From NCBI RefSeq assembly GCF_009914755.1, contig NC_060929.1: a stretch of 64,000 nt of DNA; one strand, given 5' to 3'. Below are positions 41,108 to 60,975 of this stretch, in pieces. The stretch is from the human T2T-CHM13v2.0 reference genome, Homo sapiens. The notes under the pieces are model-generated. The model was given only the letters and a program-made list of their open reading frames with translations. It ran no database searches and was not told where the DNA came from. The translations under genes were made by a program, and so were the position numbers. How positions within the stretch are numbered: the first letter of the stretch is position 1; every line of letters begins with the position of its first letter.

Positions 41108-43605
41108 TGTTTCCCCCCTCCCTTTTACAAGGGAATCCTTAATCTTAAGGGTTGTAGAGGGACAATGATGCATCTTCTATAACTTCTTCAGGCTGAAAAC
41201 AGGTGATGATATACATGTCTAACTATTAGGGTCTCTTGTATTCAGGGTGGAGAGGCGCACATTTAGAAAGCATCCATATGCTGAGGGCCATTCATAACTC
41301 TTGAGATCCGACAGAAGGTGGTATCTGGAAGACTAATAAGTGTTCAACTTAAGAAAACATTGAGTGAGTTTATCCTGCATATCTACACAAAGAGTACAAT
41401 ATCAGTGTATTCCACAACAGTAAAGAAAAATAAGCAAAATTATCCCAAGTAAAGAGAGCTTTCCATGAACTGGGCCACTGTCGGAACCAAACTGATATGG
41501 GGTTGCTAGCTGATTCCTGTTTGTCCAGAATTAGAATACTGATCCAGATTTTTACATTACTCATCCCTCTTGTTTCTTGTGAGCAGCAGCTAGAAATCAC
41601 TGGTTGGTTTACAGGAATAGACAGGGTTAGTCTGAATTGCAGGAAAAAAACATCAGAAACAACTGATGAAACTAGCATGTACTAACAGGTGTACCATATT
41701 TCTTGAAACATAATTTTTCTCTCTCCAGTCTCCCATTTTTATTAAAGACAAATCATGGTACGAATGATTTGTTCTCAAAATAAGATGTATTCTTATACTT
41801 GGCCTGATTATTTGTATAAAGTTCAGCAAGAATAATTAATTTTCACATATGCTTTTTAAATTGGCTTTGATGGAACTTTGTTCCAAAAAGGAATCTCAAA
41901 CAAGACTTTTTTTCATAAAGCTGAGCCTAACCATGGGTTTGTACCATCAAATACCTATGAGTTGAGCAAATTCCTCTTATCTTGAGGTTCCAAGATAACT
42001 TGGGGCTTCTGGACCTGTTAGAAAGTGACATTCTGTACTTAGCACAGATCAGGAACCCTCTATAGGGACAGTATAGACAAGGTATGAGGCCAGTTTTCCC
42101 AAGGGGCTTTTATTGGCTCTGTAAGTCAAGTTTGATACCTTTAAGAAAAGCATGCTATTCGAGTCAAAGCCTTGGCAAAACAACCAGTTTCTCCAGTTGT
42201 GTCCTGTTGCCAAAAAAAAAAAAAAAACAAAAAAAAAAACATTCTTATTACACTTGTGCAAGTAAAACTATGTTGCCGTAAATTAAGATTACTCACAAAT
42301 AGTTTCGAAATTCTGGAGAAATCAGCTAGAGAGAAACAAATATGTTCCAAATTTTGTTTACAGGAAAATACTTTATTCAATTGTTTAAAGTTGTAAATAG
42401 CTCAAAAGAAAATCTTCTTAACTCTGAAAACCAAAACAAAGAATTGGTAACATTTTAAGCAAAAAGCCAAAAAAGATTACTTCAGTTTTCTATTAGTTCA
42501 GTCCATGCAGTTAACTCCTGTCCTGACTTATCATCACCAACATTTCAGCTCTCCATGAGTCCTGAAAGTTTTTTCCTGTATTCTAATGCCACAGTCTCCA
42601 AAGTTACCAGAAACCTGCATTCAGGAGCACCTGTCAAAGTTCTATAGCTGACTTATAAACCACCTTTTAAAGAGGATCAAAACAAGATAACAATCGTTTG
42701 TGAATGACAACATGTCTTAGGGCAGCCACAGTCAAAAACATGATTGACAAAGAAATTTTGTTATCTTGGTGGCATATAATGATTTTATGTAACAATTATA
42801 ATTATTACTGATAACATGCACTAAATCATATCAGAATTACAGGAGTTTCCCGTAATTTTGGAACAGATACCAATAACACCAATAACATATTCAAACAAAT
42901 ACATCCCCAGGAAAGCCAAACACCATTTTATATTTGACAGTGTTTCTTGTGATTTTTATACCAGATAAGCCCTATATGTCACTTTTGGACTTTAGGGGAC
43001 CTAATATCTAAAAGATGAATTAGGTTAGAAAAGACATCATTTATAATTTTACTTTGGAAAGTTTGTCATATATTAAAGGTTTAAAACACTTGATATTGTA
43101 AAATCAAATCCCAGGTCACCAGAAGTCATTGATTTAGCCAAATTATACCTCAAAAATTTTTTAAAGCCAAAAACCTTTACTCATTAAGGGGAAGACAGCT
43201 TTCCAACCAATCGGTCTCTTTTCTTTTCCTCCTTTTTCCTACAGTTTATTCAGAAGGCAAACAAAAATATTTCATTTTTTAATATAACATGAAAATCTTG
43301 TTCAAGAAAGGAAGCTAACTTTCACCTTTGCGTTAGTGCACTATTGATGTCAAACCTTAACAAAACCCTATAGACAAATCCATCTAGTCTCAATCAGTAT
43401 GACCTTAAGGTAAGATTCATATAAACCTTTTATAGCCTTTTACAGCTTTTGTGAAAGAGCAGATCCATGCTCTAAGAAAATTCTGGTGTGCTTTTATTCT
43501 AATGTTCAATTTATGGAAAAACTGAGTACCACTTTAACTTTAGCCAATATGTTCACACACAGAATTTCTTTTACAAGATTATTTTTTCACAAATCCTCCA
43601 CAACT
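41108..43605 (-). mobile_element. MER41/MER4-group ERV internal sequence, 5'-truncated
   Basis: Polypurine tract (reverse complement aaaagggaggggggaaa, 41110-41126) abuts the LTR; MER4-group-like internal motifs; no coding capacity. Confidence 0.8.
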
Positions 43606-43936
43606 TGATTGTTTTCTGGTTTGTGGTTCCTGTGTTCCTTTTTATAGTGACAAACCATTTTATATATTTTAAATGTTTTCATTTTGTACAATAAAGTTAG
43701 CATATTTTATACATATTTATATAATTATGTTTATATATGTGTTTATTGCATTTTGCTTTTTTCACTTAATTATATCTCCTGGAAATCATTCCATTTCAAT
43801 ACATAGAGTTCCTCTTCATTCTGTCTTATAGCTTCATAGTACTCCATTTTGTGTGGATATCATAGGGTATTTTACCCCCCAGTCTCCATTGCTTTACAAT
43901 CACAAATGATACTGTACGAATAACTTTGTGATTATG

Positions 43937-44298
43937 TATTTATTAGTCTGTTCTCAACTGTGAAGAAATACCCAAGACTTGATAATTTATAAAGCTTCAT
44001 TGATTTACAGTTTTCTGTTGCTGGGGAGGCCTCAGGAAACTTACAGTCATAGCAGAAAGGAAAAGAGAAGGCACCTTCTTCATAGGGTAGCATGATGGAG
44101 GGAGTGCAAGCAGGGGTAATGCCAGATGCTTACAAAACCATCAGATCTTCTGAGAACTCACTATCACAAGAACAGCATGGGGGAAACTGCCCCCATGATC
44201 CAATTACCTACACCTGGTCTCGGCCTTGACACATGGAGATTATGGGGATTACAATTGGAGGTGAGATTTGGGTGGGGACACAGAGCCAAACCATATCA
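43937..44298 (-). mobile_element. THE1C/D solo LTR (ERVL-MaLR)
   Basis: 'ggggaggcctcaggaaacttacagtcat...gagatttgggtggggacacagagccaaaccatatca'. Confidence 0.92.
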
Positions 44299-44709
44299 TA
44301 TATTTTCATATTGTTGGAGATACATATTTTAGATAAATTCATACAGGGATTTCTAGCTTGAGATTTGGTTATATGTAGCTGGTTAGATATTGACAAATTC
44401 TCCTTCATAGGGATTATGACATTTTCTGTATCCATCAAAAATATATGGCATTACCTATTTCTCTCTTACCTCACTAATAAAATGTATTTTTTTATTTTAT
44501 TATTATTATACTTTAAGTTTTAGGGTACATGTGCACAATTTGCAGGTTAGTTACATATGTATACATATGCCATGCTGGTGTGCTGCACCCATTAACTCAT
44601 CATTTAGCATTAGGTATATCTCCTAATGCTATCCCTCCCCCCTCCCCCCACCCCACAACAGTCCCCAGAGTGTGATGTTCCTCTTCCTGTGTCCATGTGT
44701 TCTCATTGT

Positions 44710-48531
<3,822 letters not shown>

Positions 48532-48594
48532 TATGATGTTAGCTGGTGATTTTGCTCGTTAGTTGATGGAGTTTCTTCCTAGCCTTGATGGTCT

Positions 48595-49611
48595 TTACAA
48601 TTTGGCATAATTTTGCGGCGGCTGGTACCGGTTGTTCCTTTCCATGTTTAGTGCTTCCTTCAGGAGCTCTTGTAGGGCAGGCCTAGTGGTGACAAAATCT
48701 CTCAGCATTTGCTTGTCTGTAAAGTATTTTATTTCTCCTTCACTTATGAAGCTTAGTTTGGCTGGATATGAAATTCTGGGTTGAAAATTTGTTTCTTTAA
48801 TATGGTTGAATATTGGCCCCCACTCTCTTCTGGCTTGTAGAGTTTCTGCCGAGAGATCCGCTGTTAGTCTGATGGGCTTCCCTTTGAGGGTAACCCAACC
48901 TTTCTCTCTGGCTGCCCTTAAAATTTTTTCCTTCATTTCAACTTTGGTGAATCTGACAATTATGTGTCTTGGAGTTGCTCTTCTCGAGGGGTATCTTTGT
49001 AGCGTTCTCTGTATTTCCTGAATCTGAATGTTGGCCTGCCTTTCTAGATTGGGGAAGTTCTCCTGGATAATATCCTGCAGAGTGTTTTCCAACTTGTTTC
49101 CATTCTCCCCGTCACTTTCAGGTACACCAATCAGACGTAGATTTGGTCTTTTCACATAGTCCCATATTTCTTGGAGGCTTTGTTCGTTTCTTTTTATTCT
49201 TTTTTCTCTAAACTTCCCTTCTCACTTCATTTCATTCATTTCATCTTCCATCACTGATACCCTTTCTTCCAGTTGATCGCATCGGCTCCTGAGGCTTCTG
49301 CATTCTTCACGTAGTTCTCGAGCCTTGGCTTTCAGCTCCATCAGCTCCTTTAAGCACTTCTCTGTATTGGTTATTCTAGTTATACATTCATCTAAATTTT
49401 TTTCAAAGTTTTTAACTTCTTTGCCTTTGGTTTGAATTTCCTCTTATAGCTCGGAGTAGTTTGATCGTCTGAAGCCTTCTTCTCTCAACTCGTCAAACTC
49501 ATTCTCTGTCCAGCTTTGTTCTGTTGCTGGTGAGGAACTGCTTTCCTTTGGAGGAGGAGAGGCGCTCTGCTTTTTAGAGTTTCCAGTTTTTCTGCTCTGT
49601 TTTTTCCCCAT
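48595..49611 (-). pseudogene. L1 ORF1p, full 1017-nt span with two nonsense codons
   Basis: ATG at 49611; TAA at codon 56 (49444-49446) and TGA at codon 130 (49222-49224). Confidence 0.92.
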
Positions 49612-50193
49612 CTTTGTGGTTTTATCTACTTTTGGTCTTTGATGATGGTAATGTACAGATGGGTTTTTGGTGTGGATGTCCTTTCTGTTTGTTAGCTTTC
49701 CTTCTAACAGACAGGACCCTCAGCTGCAGGTCTGTTGGAGTTTGCAAGAGGTCCACTCTGGACCCTGCTTGCCTGGGTATCAGCAGCAGTGGCTGCAGAA
49801 CAGCAGATTTTCGTGAACCGCGAATGCTGCTGTCTGATCGTTCCTCTGGAATTTTTGTCTCAGAGGAGTACCCAGCCGTGTGAGGTGTCAGTCTGCCCCT
49901 ACTAGGGGGTGCCTCCCAGTTAGGCTGCTCGGGGGTCAGGGGTCAGGGACCGACTTGAGGAGGCAGTCTGCCCGTTCTCAGATCTCAAACTGCATGCTGG
50001 GAGAACCACTGCTCTCTTCAAAGCTCTCAGACAGGGACATTTAAGTCTGCAGAGGTTACTGCTGTCTTTTTGTTTGTCTGTGCCCTGCCCCCAGAGGTGG
50101 AGCCTACAGAGGCAGGCAGGCTTCCTTGAGCTGTGGTGGGCTCCACCCAGTTCGAGCTTCCCGGCTGCTTTGTTTACCTAGCGAGCCTGGGCA

Positions 50194-50649
50194 ATGGCGG
50201 GCGCCCCTCCCCCAGCCTCGCTGCTGCCTTGCAGTTTGATCTCAGACTGCTGTGCTAGCAGTCAGCGAGACTCCGTGGGCGTAGGACCCTCCAAGCCAGG
50301 TGCGGGATATAATCTCCTGGTGCACTGTTTGTTAAGCCCATCGGAAAAGCGCAGTATTAGTGTGGGAGTGACCCGATTTTCCAGGTGCTGTTTGTCACCC
50401 CTTTCTTTGACTAGGAAAGGGAACTCCCTGACCCCTTGCACTTCTGGAGTGAGGCAATGCCTCGCCCTGCTTCGGCTCACACACGGTGCGCTGCACCCAC
50501 TGTCCTGCGCCCACTGTCTGGCACTCCTTAGTGAGATGAACCCAGTACCTCAGATGGAAATGCAGAAATCACCCGTCTTCTGCGTCACTCACGCTGGGAG
50601 CTGTAGATGGGAGCTGTTCCTATTCGGCCATCTTGGCTGCCAGTCCTAG
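50194..50649 (+). CDS. L1 antisense ORF0, extended 151-aa open frame
   Basis: MAGAPPPASLLPCSLISDCCAS... is the primate L1 ORF0 N-terminus; translation at this locus is unknown. Confidence 0.55.
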   Translation: MAGAPPPASLLPCSLISDCCASSQRDSVGVGPSKPGAGYNLLVHCLLSPSEKRSISVGVTRFSRCCLSPLSLTRKGNSLTPCTSGVRQCLALLRLTHGALHPLSCAHCLALLSEMNPVPQMEMQKSPVFCVTHAGSCRWELFLFGHLGCQS

Positions 50650-50824
50650 AATGTATTTTTAAGCTTTTGAATTTGTTGCTAATTTGATGGGTGAAAAAAT
50701 TGACTTTTATTGTAATTTTAATTTGCATTTCTCTTTTATATGAATGAAATTACATATGTTTTTACATAATTAACAAGCATTTTTATATCTCCTTTGAGTT
50801 GTTTATTCAAATCTTTGCCCATTT

Positions 50825-51151
50825 GTTTGTTTTTTTGTTTGTTTTCAGACAGGGTTTCACTCTGTTGCCCAGGCTGTAGTACAGTGGCATGATCTTGGCT
50901 CACTGCAACCTTCTCCTTCCAGGCTCAAGTGATCCTCCCACTTTAGCCTTCCAAGGAGCTGGGACTACAGACACATGCCACTGTGCCCAGGCACATGCCA
51001 CCATGCCCAGCTAATTTTTGTATTTTTTTTTCATAGACATGGGGTTTCTCCATGTTGCGTAGGCTGGTGTCGAACTCTTGAGCTCACATGATCTGCCTGC
51101 TTCTGCCTCCCAAAGTACTGGGATTACAGACATGAGTGACCATGCCCAGCC
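50825..51151 (-). mobile_element. AluJb with internal 20-bp duplication
   Basis: Alu dimer; TSD tgcccattt. Confidence 0.9.
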
Positions 51152-51564
51152 TCCCTGCCCATTTTTCTATAGGATTTCTATAGGTTGATTTTCCTCAATT
51201 TAAAAAAAAAAAATCCTTGATTTATTAAGAATGTAACTATTTATCTGCGATATATGCTGTGAATGTTTTTCCCAATTTTGTCAGTTACCTTTGATTTTGT
51301 TAATGAGTTTTCTTTGGCTATGCACATTTTCCAACGTATCATCTTATTTTGTTTTTAATTGCATCTAGGATTTTAGTCATAGTTAGGAACCCTTTCCTTA
51401 CAGATGGGTTTTAGAGGAATTCACTGATTATTTCTTTTGGTGCATATATAGATTTACTTTTTATATTTATATCTCTGATCCATTTGGAGTTTATTCTTGG
51501 GTGTAGTGGAAGGAATGAATCTACTTTTACCTTTTTTCAAATGGCTATCCGGTATTCCCTACAC

Positions 51565-51922
51565 CAACCATCCTCAACCTTTTTGGCACTAGGGACCAGG
51601 TTCATGGAAGACAGATTTTCCACAGAATGGGGGGGTGGGGTGAAGGGGACGGTTTTGGCATGAAACTGTTCCACCTCAGACCATCAGGCATCACTTAGAT
51701 TCTCATAAGGAGCACACAACCTAGATCCCTCCCATGCACAGTTTACAGTAGGTTTCCTGCTCCTGTGATAATCTAATGCTGCTGCTGACCTGAGAGGAGA
51801 CGGAGCTGTCAGGTGATAATGCTGGCTTGCCCTCCGCTCATCTCCTGCTTTGTGACTCCCAGTTCCTAACAGGCTATGGACTGGTACCAGTCCATGGCCC
51901 AGGGCTTTGGGATCCCTCCCCG
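51565..51922 (-). mobile_element. MER1B hAT-Charlie element
   Basis: 'caacctttttggcactagggacc...ttagattctcataagg'; perfect 8-bp TSD ccctacac 51557-51564/51923-51930. Confidence 0.9.
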
Positions 51923-52199
51923 CCCTACACTGTGTATTAACCAGAGCATCTTTGACCCAATGATTTGAGATACCAGTTTTATCATATACTAGATGTTTAT
52001 ATGTAATTGGATCTAATTCTAGAAATTATATTTTATTCCATTGATTTGATAGCTTATTCTTGTGCCAGTACCATACTGTTTAATGAAAGAGGTTTGTAGC
52101 ATGTTTTTATACCTTGGAGTAGTTCTACCCTGCCTCCTTTCCCACCTTTCACAGATCTTTATATTCATTAATTTCCTAGCTATTCTTGTGTTTATTTTT

Positions 52200-52491
52200 A
52201 TTATTTTTTGAGACGGAGTCTCACTCTGTCGCCCAGATTGAAGTGCAGTGGTATGGTCTCGGTGCACTGCAGCCTCTGCCTCCCGGGTTCAAGTGATTTT
52301 CCTGCCCCAGCCTCCTAAGTAGCTGAGATTACAGACGCCCACCACCATGCCCAGCTAATTTTTTGTATTTTTAGTAGAGACAGGATTTCACCATGTTGAT
52401 CAGTCTGGTCTCAGACTCCTGACCTCAAGTGATCTGCCCACCTCGGCCTCCCAAGGTGCTGGGATTACAGTCATGAGCAACTGCACCCGGC
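52200..52491 (-). mobile_element. AluSx/Sz
   Basis: Full dimer; TSD tgtgtttattttt at 52187/52492. Confidence 0.93.
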
Positions 52492-52539
52492 TGTGTTTAT
52501 TTTTTATTTTCAGTTTGAAATAAAACTAAATTTGTTCCA

Positions 52540-53137
52540 AGCATGCAATACATGGTTATTAATCATAGTTACCATATTGTACAATAGTCTTCTTGAACTT
52601 ATTTCTCCTATCCCACTGGAATTTTGTATCCTTTGACCAATCTGTCCCCAACTTCACCTTCCTCCAGTCCCTGGTAACCACTATTCTGCTCTCTACTTTT
52701 ATGAGGAGTTCAGGTTTTTTTGATTCCACATATAAGTTAGATTATGCAATATTTACCTTTCTGTGGATAGCTTATTTCACTTAACATAATGTCTTCCAAG
52801 TTCACTCATGTTGTTGCAAATGACGGGATATCCTTCTTTTTTAAGGCTGAATAGCATTCCACTGTATGTATATACCACATTTTCTTTATCCATTCATCTG
52901 TTGTTGGACACTTAGGTTGATTCCATATCTTGTCTGTTCCAAATAATGCTGCAGTGAACGTGGGAGTGGAGATATTTCTTCAACATACCTATTTCATTTC
53001 CTTTGGATTTATACCCAGTAGTGAAATTGCTTGATCATATGGTAATTCTGTTTTTAACTTTTTGAGGAGCCTCCATATTGTTTTCCATAATGGCTGTACT
53101 AAGTTACATTCCCACCAACAGTGTGCAAACGTTCCCA
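52540..53137 (-). mobile_element. L1MA-type 3' end
   Basis: 'tgtacaatagtcttcttgaacttatt...ttttgtatcctttgaccaa...gattccacatataagt'. Confidence 0.8.
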
Positions 53138-53289
53138 GATCTTTTTTAAAAAAAGTTCAAAAGAGAGAAGTTAAGGGTGTCCATCACTAGTAGACCTGTC
53201 TGACAACAAATGCTAATGGAAGTCCTTCAGACTGAAATGAAAGAACCCTACACTGTAATTCAAAGCCATATGAAGAAAGTTTTTTGTTT

Positions 53290-55850
<2,561 letters not shown>

Positions 55851-55914
55851 ATCATTTAGCCATTATTTCTGAAAATACTATTTCTGCATCATAAATTAAA
55901 ACCATACTTAGTAT

Positions 55915-56146
55915 CCACATTCTGTTTTTCATTTTCAGTACAGTGTTCAATAAATTAATGAGGTATTCAACACTGTGTTATAAAATAGAGTTTGTGTTAG
56001 GTGCTTTTGCCCAACTTTAGACTAATTTAAGTGTTCTGATCACATTTAAGGTAGGCTAGGCTAAGCTATGACGTTTAGTAGTAGATATTTTCAACTCATG
56101 ATGGGTTTGTCAGGATGTAACCCCATCATAAGTCAAAGAGCATCTG
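55915..56146 (-). mobile_element. MER47A/Tigger5-family fragment
   Basis: 'aaggtaggctaggctaagctatga...aaccccatcataagtcaaagagcatctg|ta'. Confidence 0.75.
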
Positions 56147-57584
56147 TAAAGACAAAGTACTTTAGAAAAAAATACAGTGATAGGATGACAAGATCAGAAA
56201 AGAGATTAAGCATAGGTAGTTTTGCTGTAGTGCTGTTGAAATCTAACCTTCTAAAAACGGTCTGCCAAACCTGCATCTGCTCCTCCTTGTAAAAGAAGTG
56301 AAAGGTAATATAATATTATCAAGAATATAAAATTAAACAGACGGGAACTCTTGTAACTCAGTACACAAAATTTCTAAAACATGGCCTTAAAGGCTAAGCA
56401 TGTCTGTATTTTTCCTTTCTGTCTTGACAGAAAAAAATCTAACCTTTCTATAGGTCAGACTAAGCAAGTTCTATTAATTAGCCCAAACTTCAATAGGACA
56501 GATTATCTGAGAATGTTCTTACTTGTAGGGCACTTTAATTGAAATAAGACTAATTCTGACTCCTGATTTTACGGGTGAGAAAGTTGAGATCCAACAAAAT
56601 TAATTACCATAAAGAACAAAAATCTGATTGCCATTTTTGTTCCTTTTTCAATATACTTAGTAGCCCTTCCTCAAAGAAAGTTTTAGCACAAAATGTATTC
56701 TCTTACTTGGAATTACTTCTGCTGTTTGTTTCTGTATATAATCTGAATAAATATAATGTTAACACTGGAAAAGTTCCTAGAAATTAGCTGTTCTTCATCT
56801 TTTTTGGATCAAAGATCATTTTGAGAATTGGATAAAATGTGTTTGCTATGCCCTGTCCATAGACTACTGACTTAGATATGTAATAATTTCTGACATAGAT
56901 GGAAAAACCCAAGACCAGGAGATGGTAATTGTTTGAAGATTCAAAAGCAGGTCAATGTTAGAAGAAATTAGAATGGTCTACTCATGCATTACCCATAATA
57001 GTTAAGTTCTTCATATTATAATAATGAGATAGTTTTCTTTCCTGTTTGCCTTCCCCTCCTCTACACTTTACAATACTAGTATCAGTTTTCTGAGTTAATC
57101 TGCATGTTCTCTGCTATATGGAGACTTCTTCAGTGTATCCTCATCATAGTTAGAACTTGATTTTTACTCTTATTTACACATTTAGTTTTGCCTTAATGAC
57201 TGCATTGTTTTCCATTTTATGAAAGTCCCATTTGTTTAACCTGTCTCCAATATAGAAGCTTAAATTTAAAATATATATGTATGTTACATTCAGTACTATG
57301 GTAAACATTCTGGTACATAACTGTTCTGCAAGTATATGTGCCAGAAATTCCTAGAAATAAAATTGCTGGGTGAAAGAGGAAGCACAAAAAAAAATTTGTA
57401 TGAATTACTGTTTGCCTTCCAAAAAGATTGAACCAATTTGTACCTAACCAGCAAAACATACAGTTCATGTTTCTGTGTAACCTCGCCATTTTTAACCCTT
57501 CTTTTGTGATCTTTGCAAGTCTGGTAACTGGAGGTATCTTACTTTTATTTAATGTGTATGTCATTAAGTATTAGTGCAATTGAG

Positions 57585-60500
57585 CTCAATATTGTTAAGA
57601 TGTCAGTTTGCCCCAGTGTGACATATATATTCAGTGTAATCATGATCAAAATCCCAGCATATTTTTTGTAGATATTGACAAGCTAATTCTAAAACTTATG
57701 TGGAAAGGCAAGTGAACTAGAAGAGCCCCCAAAATTTGAAATGGAAAAAGAGGAACAAAGTTGAGAATTCACACTACCCAATTTTAATATAAGGCTACAT
57801 AAGTCAAGCCAGTGGGGTCCTGGCCAAAGGATAAACATATAATTCAGTGAGACAGAATAGAGAGCTCAGAAATAGACCCACACAAATATTATCAACTGAC
57901 TGTTGGCAGAAGCTAAAAAGAAATTCCACAGGAAAAGGGTAGTTTTTTCAATAAATGGTACTGGAACAATGAACAGCTTTATGCAAAAAAAAAAAAAAAA
58001 AAAAAAGACCCTCAATACGTCAACATGTACCACACAACTTGTACAAAAATTAACTCAGAATGCATCATAGAACTAAAATGTATAACATAAAACTATAAAA
58101 CTTCTAGAAGAAAACATTTAAGAAAATCTCCATAATTTTGACTTAGGTGATGAGTACTTAAAATTGACACCAAAAACACAACTCATTAAAACTTTTTTGA
58201 GAAATTGGACTTTATTATCAAAAGTTTAAACTTTTAAACTTTCACTCTAAGAAAGGCACTGTTAACAAGAATGAAAAGTCAAGTGCTGAATGGGAGAAAA
58301 CATTTGGAAATTCCAAGTCCAGCAAGTGACTTGGATTATCCAAAATATACAAAGGACTCTGAAGAACTTGCCAGTAAGTGTGATAGGAAGAATAATGCCC
58401 CCACACCCCCATCACCCAAAGATGCCTACATCCTAATCCAAAAGGGAGTGATGATGTAGAAGAGGAAGTCAGAGATACGATGTGAAAAAGACTCAATCCA
58501 ATGATGTTGGCTTGGAAAATGAAGAAAGAGAAATATGAGCCAAGGGGCAGGCGTGATTTCTAGAAGCTAGAAAAAGCATGGAAATGGACTTTCCCCTAGA
58601 ACCTCAAGAAAGGAACACAGTCCTACTGACACCTTAATTTTAGGCCAGGGAGATGTCTGACAAATTTCTAACATGCAGAACTGTAAGATAGTAAATTTGT
58701 ATTGTTTTAAGACACCATATTTGTGACAATTTGTTACAGCAGTAATAAGAAACTAATATAGGAAGAAAACAAAAAAGCTAATTGAAAAAAAAAAAGACAA
58801 AAGATCTGAATAGGTACTTCTCCAAAGAAGATATATGGATGGCAAACAAGGATATGAAAAGATACTTAACATCATTTATCATTACAGAATGGAAATTAAA
58901 ATCACAATTAGATGCTATGTCATAGTTGTTAGAATTGTTACAAACAGACAATAAATAAATAATGGCAAGGATCTGGAGCAGCAGGCATTCTCATTTATTG
59001 CCAGTGGGAATGCAGAATGGCATAGCCACTTTGGAAGTCAGTTTGATAGTTTCTTAAATATCACTTCTGGGTATTTACCTAAATGTATTGAAAACTTTTG
59101 TTCACACAGAAACCTATATGCAAATGTTTATAGCAGCTTTATTTATAAATTGACAAAAACTAGGAACAACCAAGATGTCTTTCAGTAAGTGGTACAGTGG
59201 AATACTACTCAACCATGAAGTGGAGTGAGTTGGTTATTCCTGCAACAACATGAATAAATATCACATGCATTTTGCTGAGCAAAGCTAGAACTAAAAGGCA
59301 GTGTATAGTATTATTCCATTTACATGACATACCGGAAAAGGCAGCTAATAAGAACAGAAAACAGATAGGTGGTTACCAGGAGGTGGGGGAGGGGTCAGCT
59401 GCAAAAGGGGTGTGATAGAACTGTTGTTCTGTGTGGTAATGGGATGGTAGATGGATTCTATCCATTCATTTGTAGAATGAACTTTCCTGGTGTAAATTAA
59501 AAAATCAACCAAAATGTCAGGGGATCCCAGGATGAAATGGAAACTATAACTGATGAATCTAACTATATTATAAATGCATGACATATCTTAATGAAAGTGG
59601 TAGGGGGGAAAGGAACTGACCTAAGTAACTTTGGAAAACAGGTAATGTTTTGACTGGATAATGTAAGACTAAAGACAAAAACATTGAACTCTAGTTGGTA
59701 AATTTGTTTCTTACAGGTACAGATTAGCAGTCCTAAAACTACTCTACCTCTATTCTAGGAATGAACAATAAGTGAACATATTGTGGGTGTTTAGAGCCAA
59801 GTTTCTCTCTGTCAGAGTAAGAAGTTACAAGTAAACAACAGGGAAACTAGAATGAACTCTGGCTCTGGAGAGATGTATGAGCAGAGATTCATGTTTATTT
59901 TAATATGTATATGGATAAATATATATAGAACTAACCTCAGATATGAGTGGATACATGGCTTAGTGTACATGTATGTAAAGGCCTAGAAGCAGTGTCACCC
60001 CGGTAGCTACAGACTCATTCAGCGTCTACCCTAATCTTGGTTTCTGCATACCATTTTTCAATAAAAGGAAGCAGGGCTTCCTGGAGAAATGGCTAATGCT
60101 GCATCTGGGACAGGTAAAATACAAGATGAGCCTGGAGTATCTTATGGGGTCAGAAAGTAAGGAGGTACTTTTTTTTTTTTTTTAAAGCACGGAACAGTTT
60201 CAGCAACAAAATGGGATGTTATATTTTACTCAGAAAACATCCTTCAATCCATACTGATATAAACAAATGAATTGATGAATTCTTCGGAGAAAACAGACAA
60301 ATCTTCCTTAAGGAATAATTTTTAATAATTATATAAATACTATCCCCTTCTGGAGGTGAGCTTTTCTCTCTCCTTGTGGACTGGACTTAGTGATTTGTTT
60401 CCAAAGAGGACAATATGGAAAAGAAAAAAGGAATAACTTTATAGTTAGGAAATCAGTCAGACTCCACCTTAGTCAAGTGTTAAGTGTTAAAATCACCAGT

Positions 60501-60975
60501 GATAACTCATGTGGTAGCACATCTGTGGTATTAGTCCCATAACCCACAATCCCAGCCTGATCATGAGAACATATTAAAACTCAGATTGAAGGAAATTTTA
60601 CAAAATATGAAATACCTGATTACTACTCTTCACAAGTGTCAAAGCCATAAAAAACAAGGAAAAGTCTGAAAAGCTATCAGATTGGAGAGACCAAGGAAAC
60701 ACGACGATTAAATGCAAATGGAATCCTAGATTGGATCTTAGAATCAAAAAAAGATATTAGTGGGAAAACTGGTGAAATACACATAAAGTCTGTAATTCAG
60801 TTAATAATATTATTGTACCAGTATTAATCATTTAATTTTGACAAATGTACCTTGATTATGGAAGATGCTAACGTTAGGAGAAGCTCAATAGAGGATATCT
60901 GGGAACTCTCTGTACTCTCTTTGCAACTTTCCCGTAACTTTAAAATTGTTTCAAGACAAAATGTTTATTTAATAA
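57585..60975 (+). mobile_element. L1MC-type ORF2 3' half and long 3'UTR
   Basis: 'ctcaatattgttaagatgtcag', 'cagaaatagacccacacaaat', 'ggaactgacctaagtaactttggaaa', end 'gggaactctctgtactctctttgcaacttt'. Confidence 0.85.
58378..58760 (+). mobile_element. MLT1D/C-like MaLR LTR inserted in L1MC
   Basis: 'tgtgataggaagaataatg...ctgacaccttaatttt...ttgttacagcagtaataagaaactaata'. Confidence 0.82.

Noticed and set aside
40870-42396. ERV env/pol coding remnants
   Set aside because: Short ORFs with no recognisable retroviral motifs
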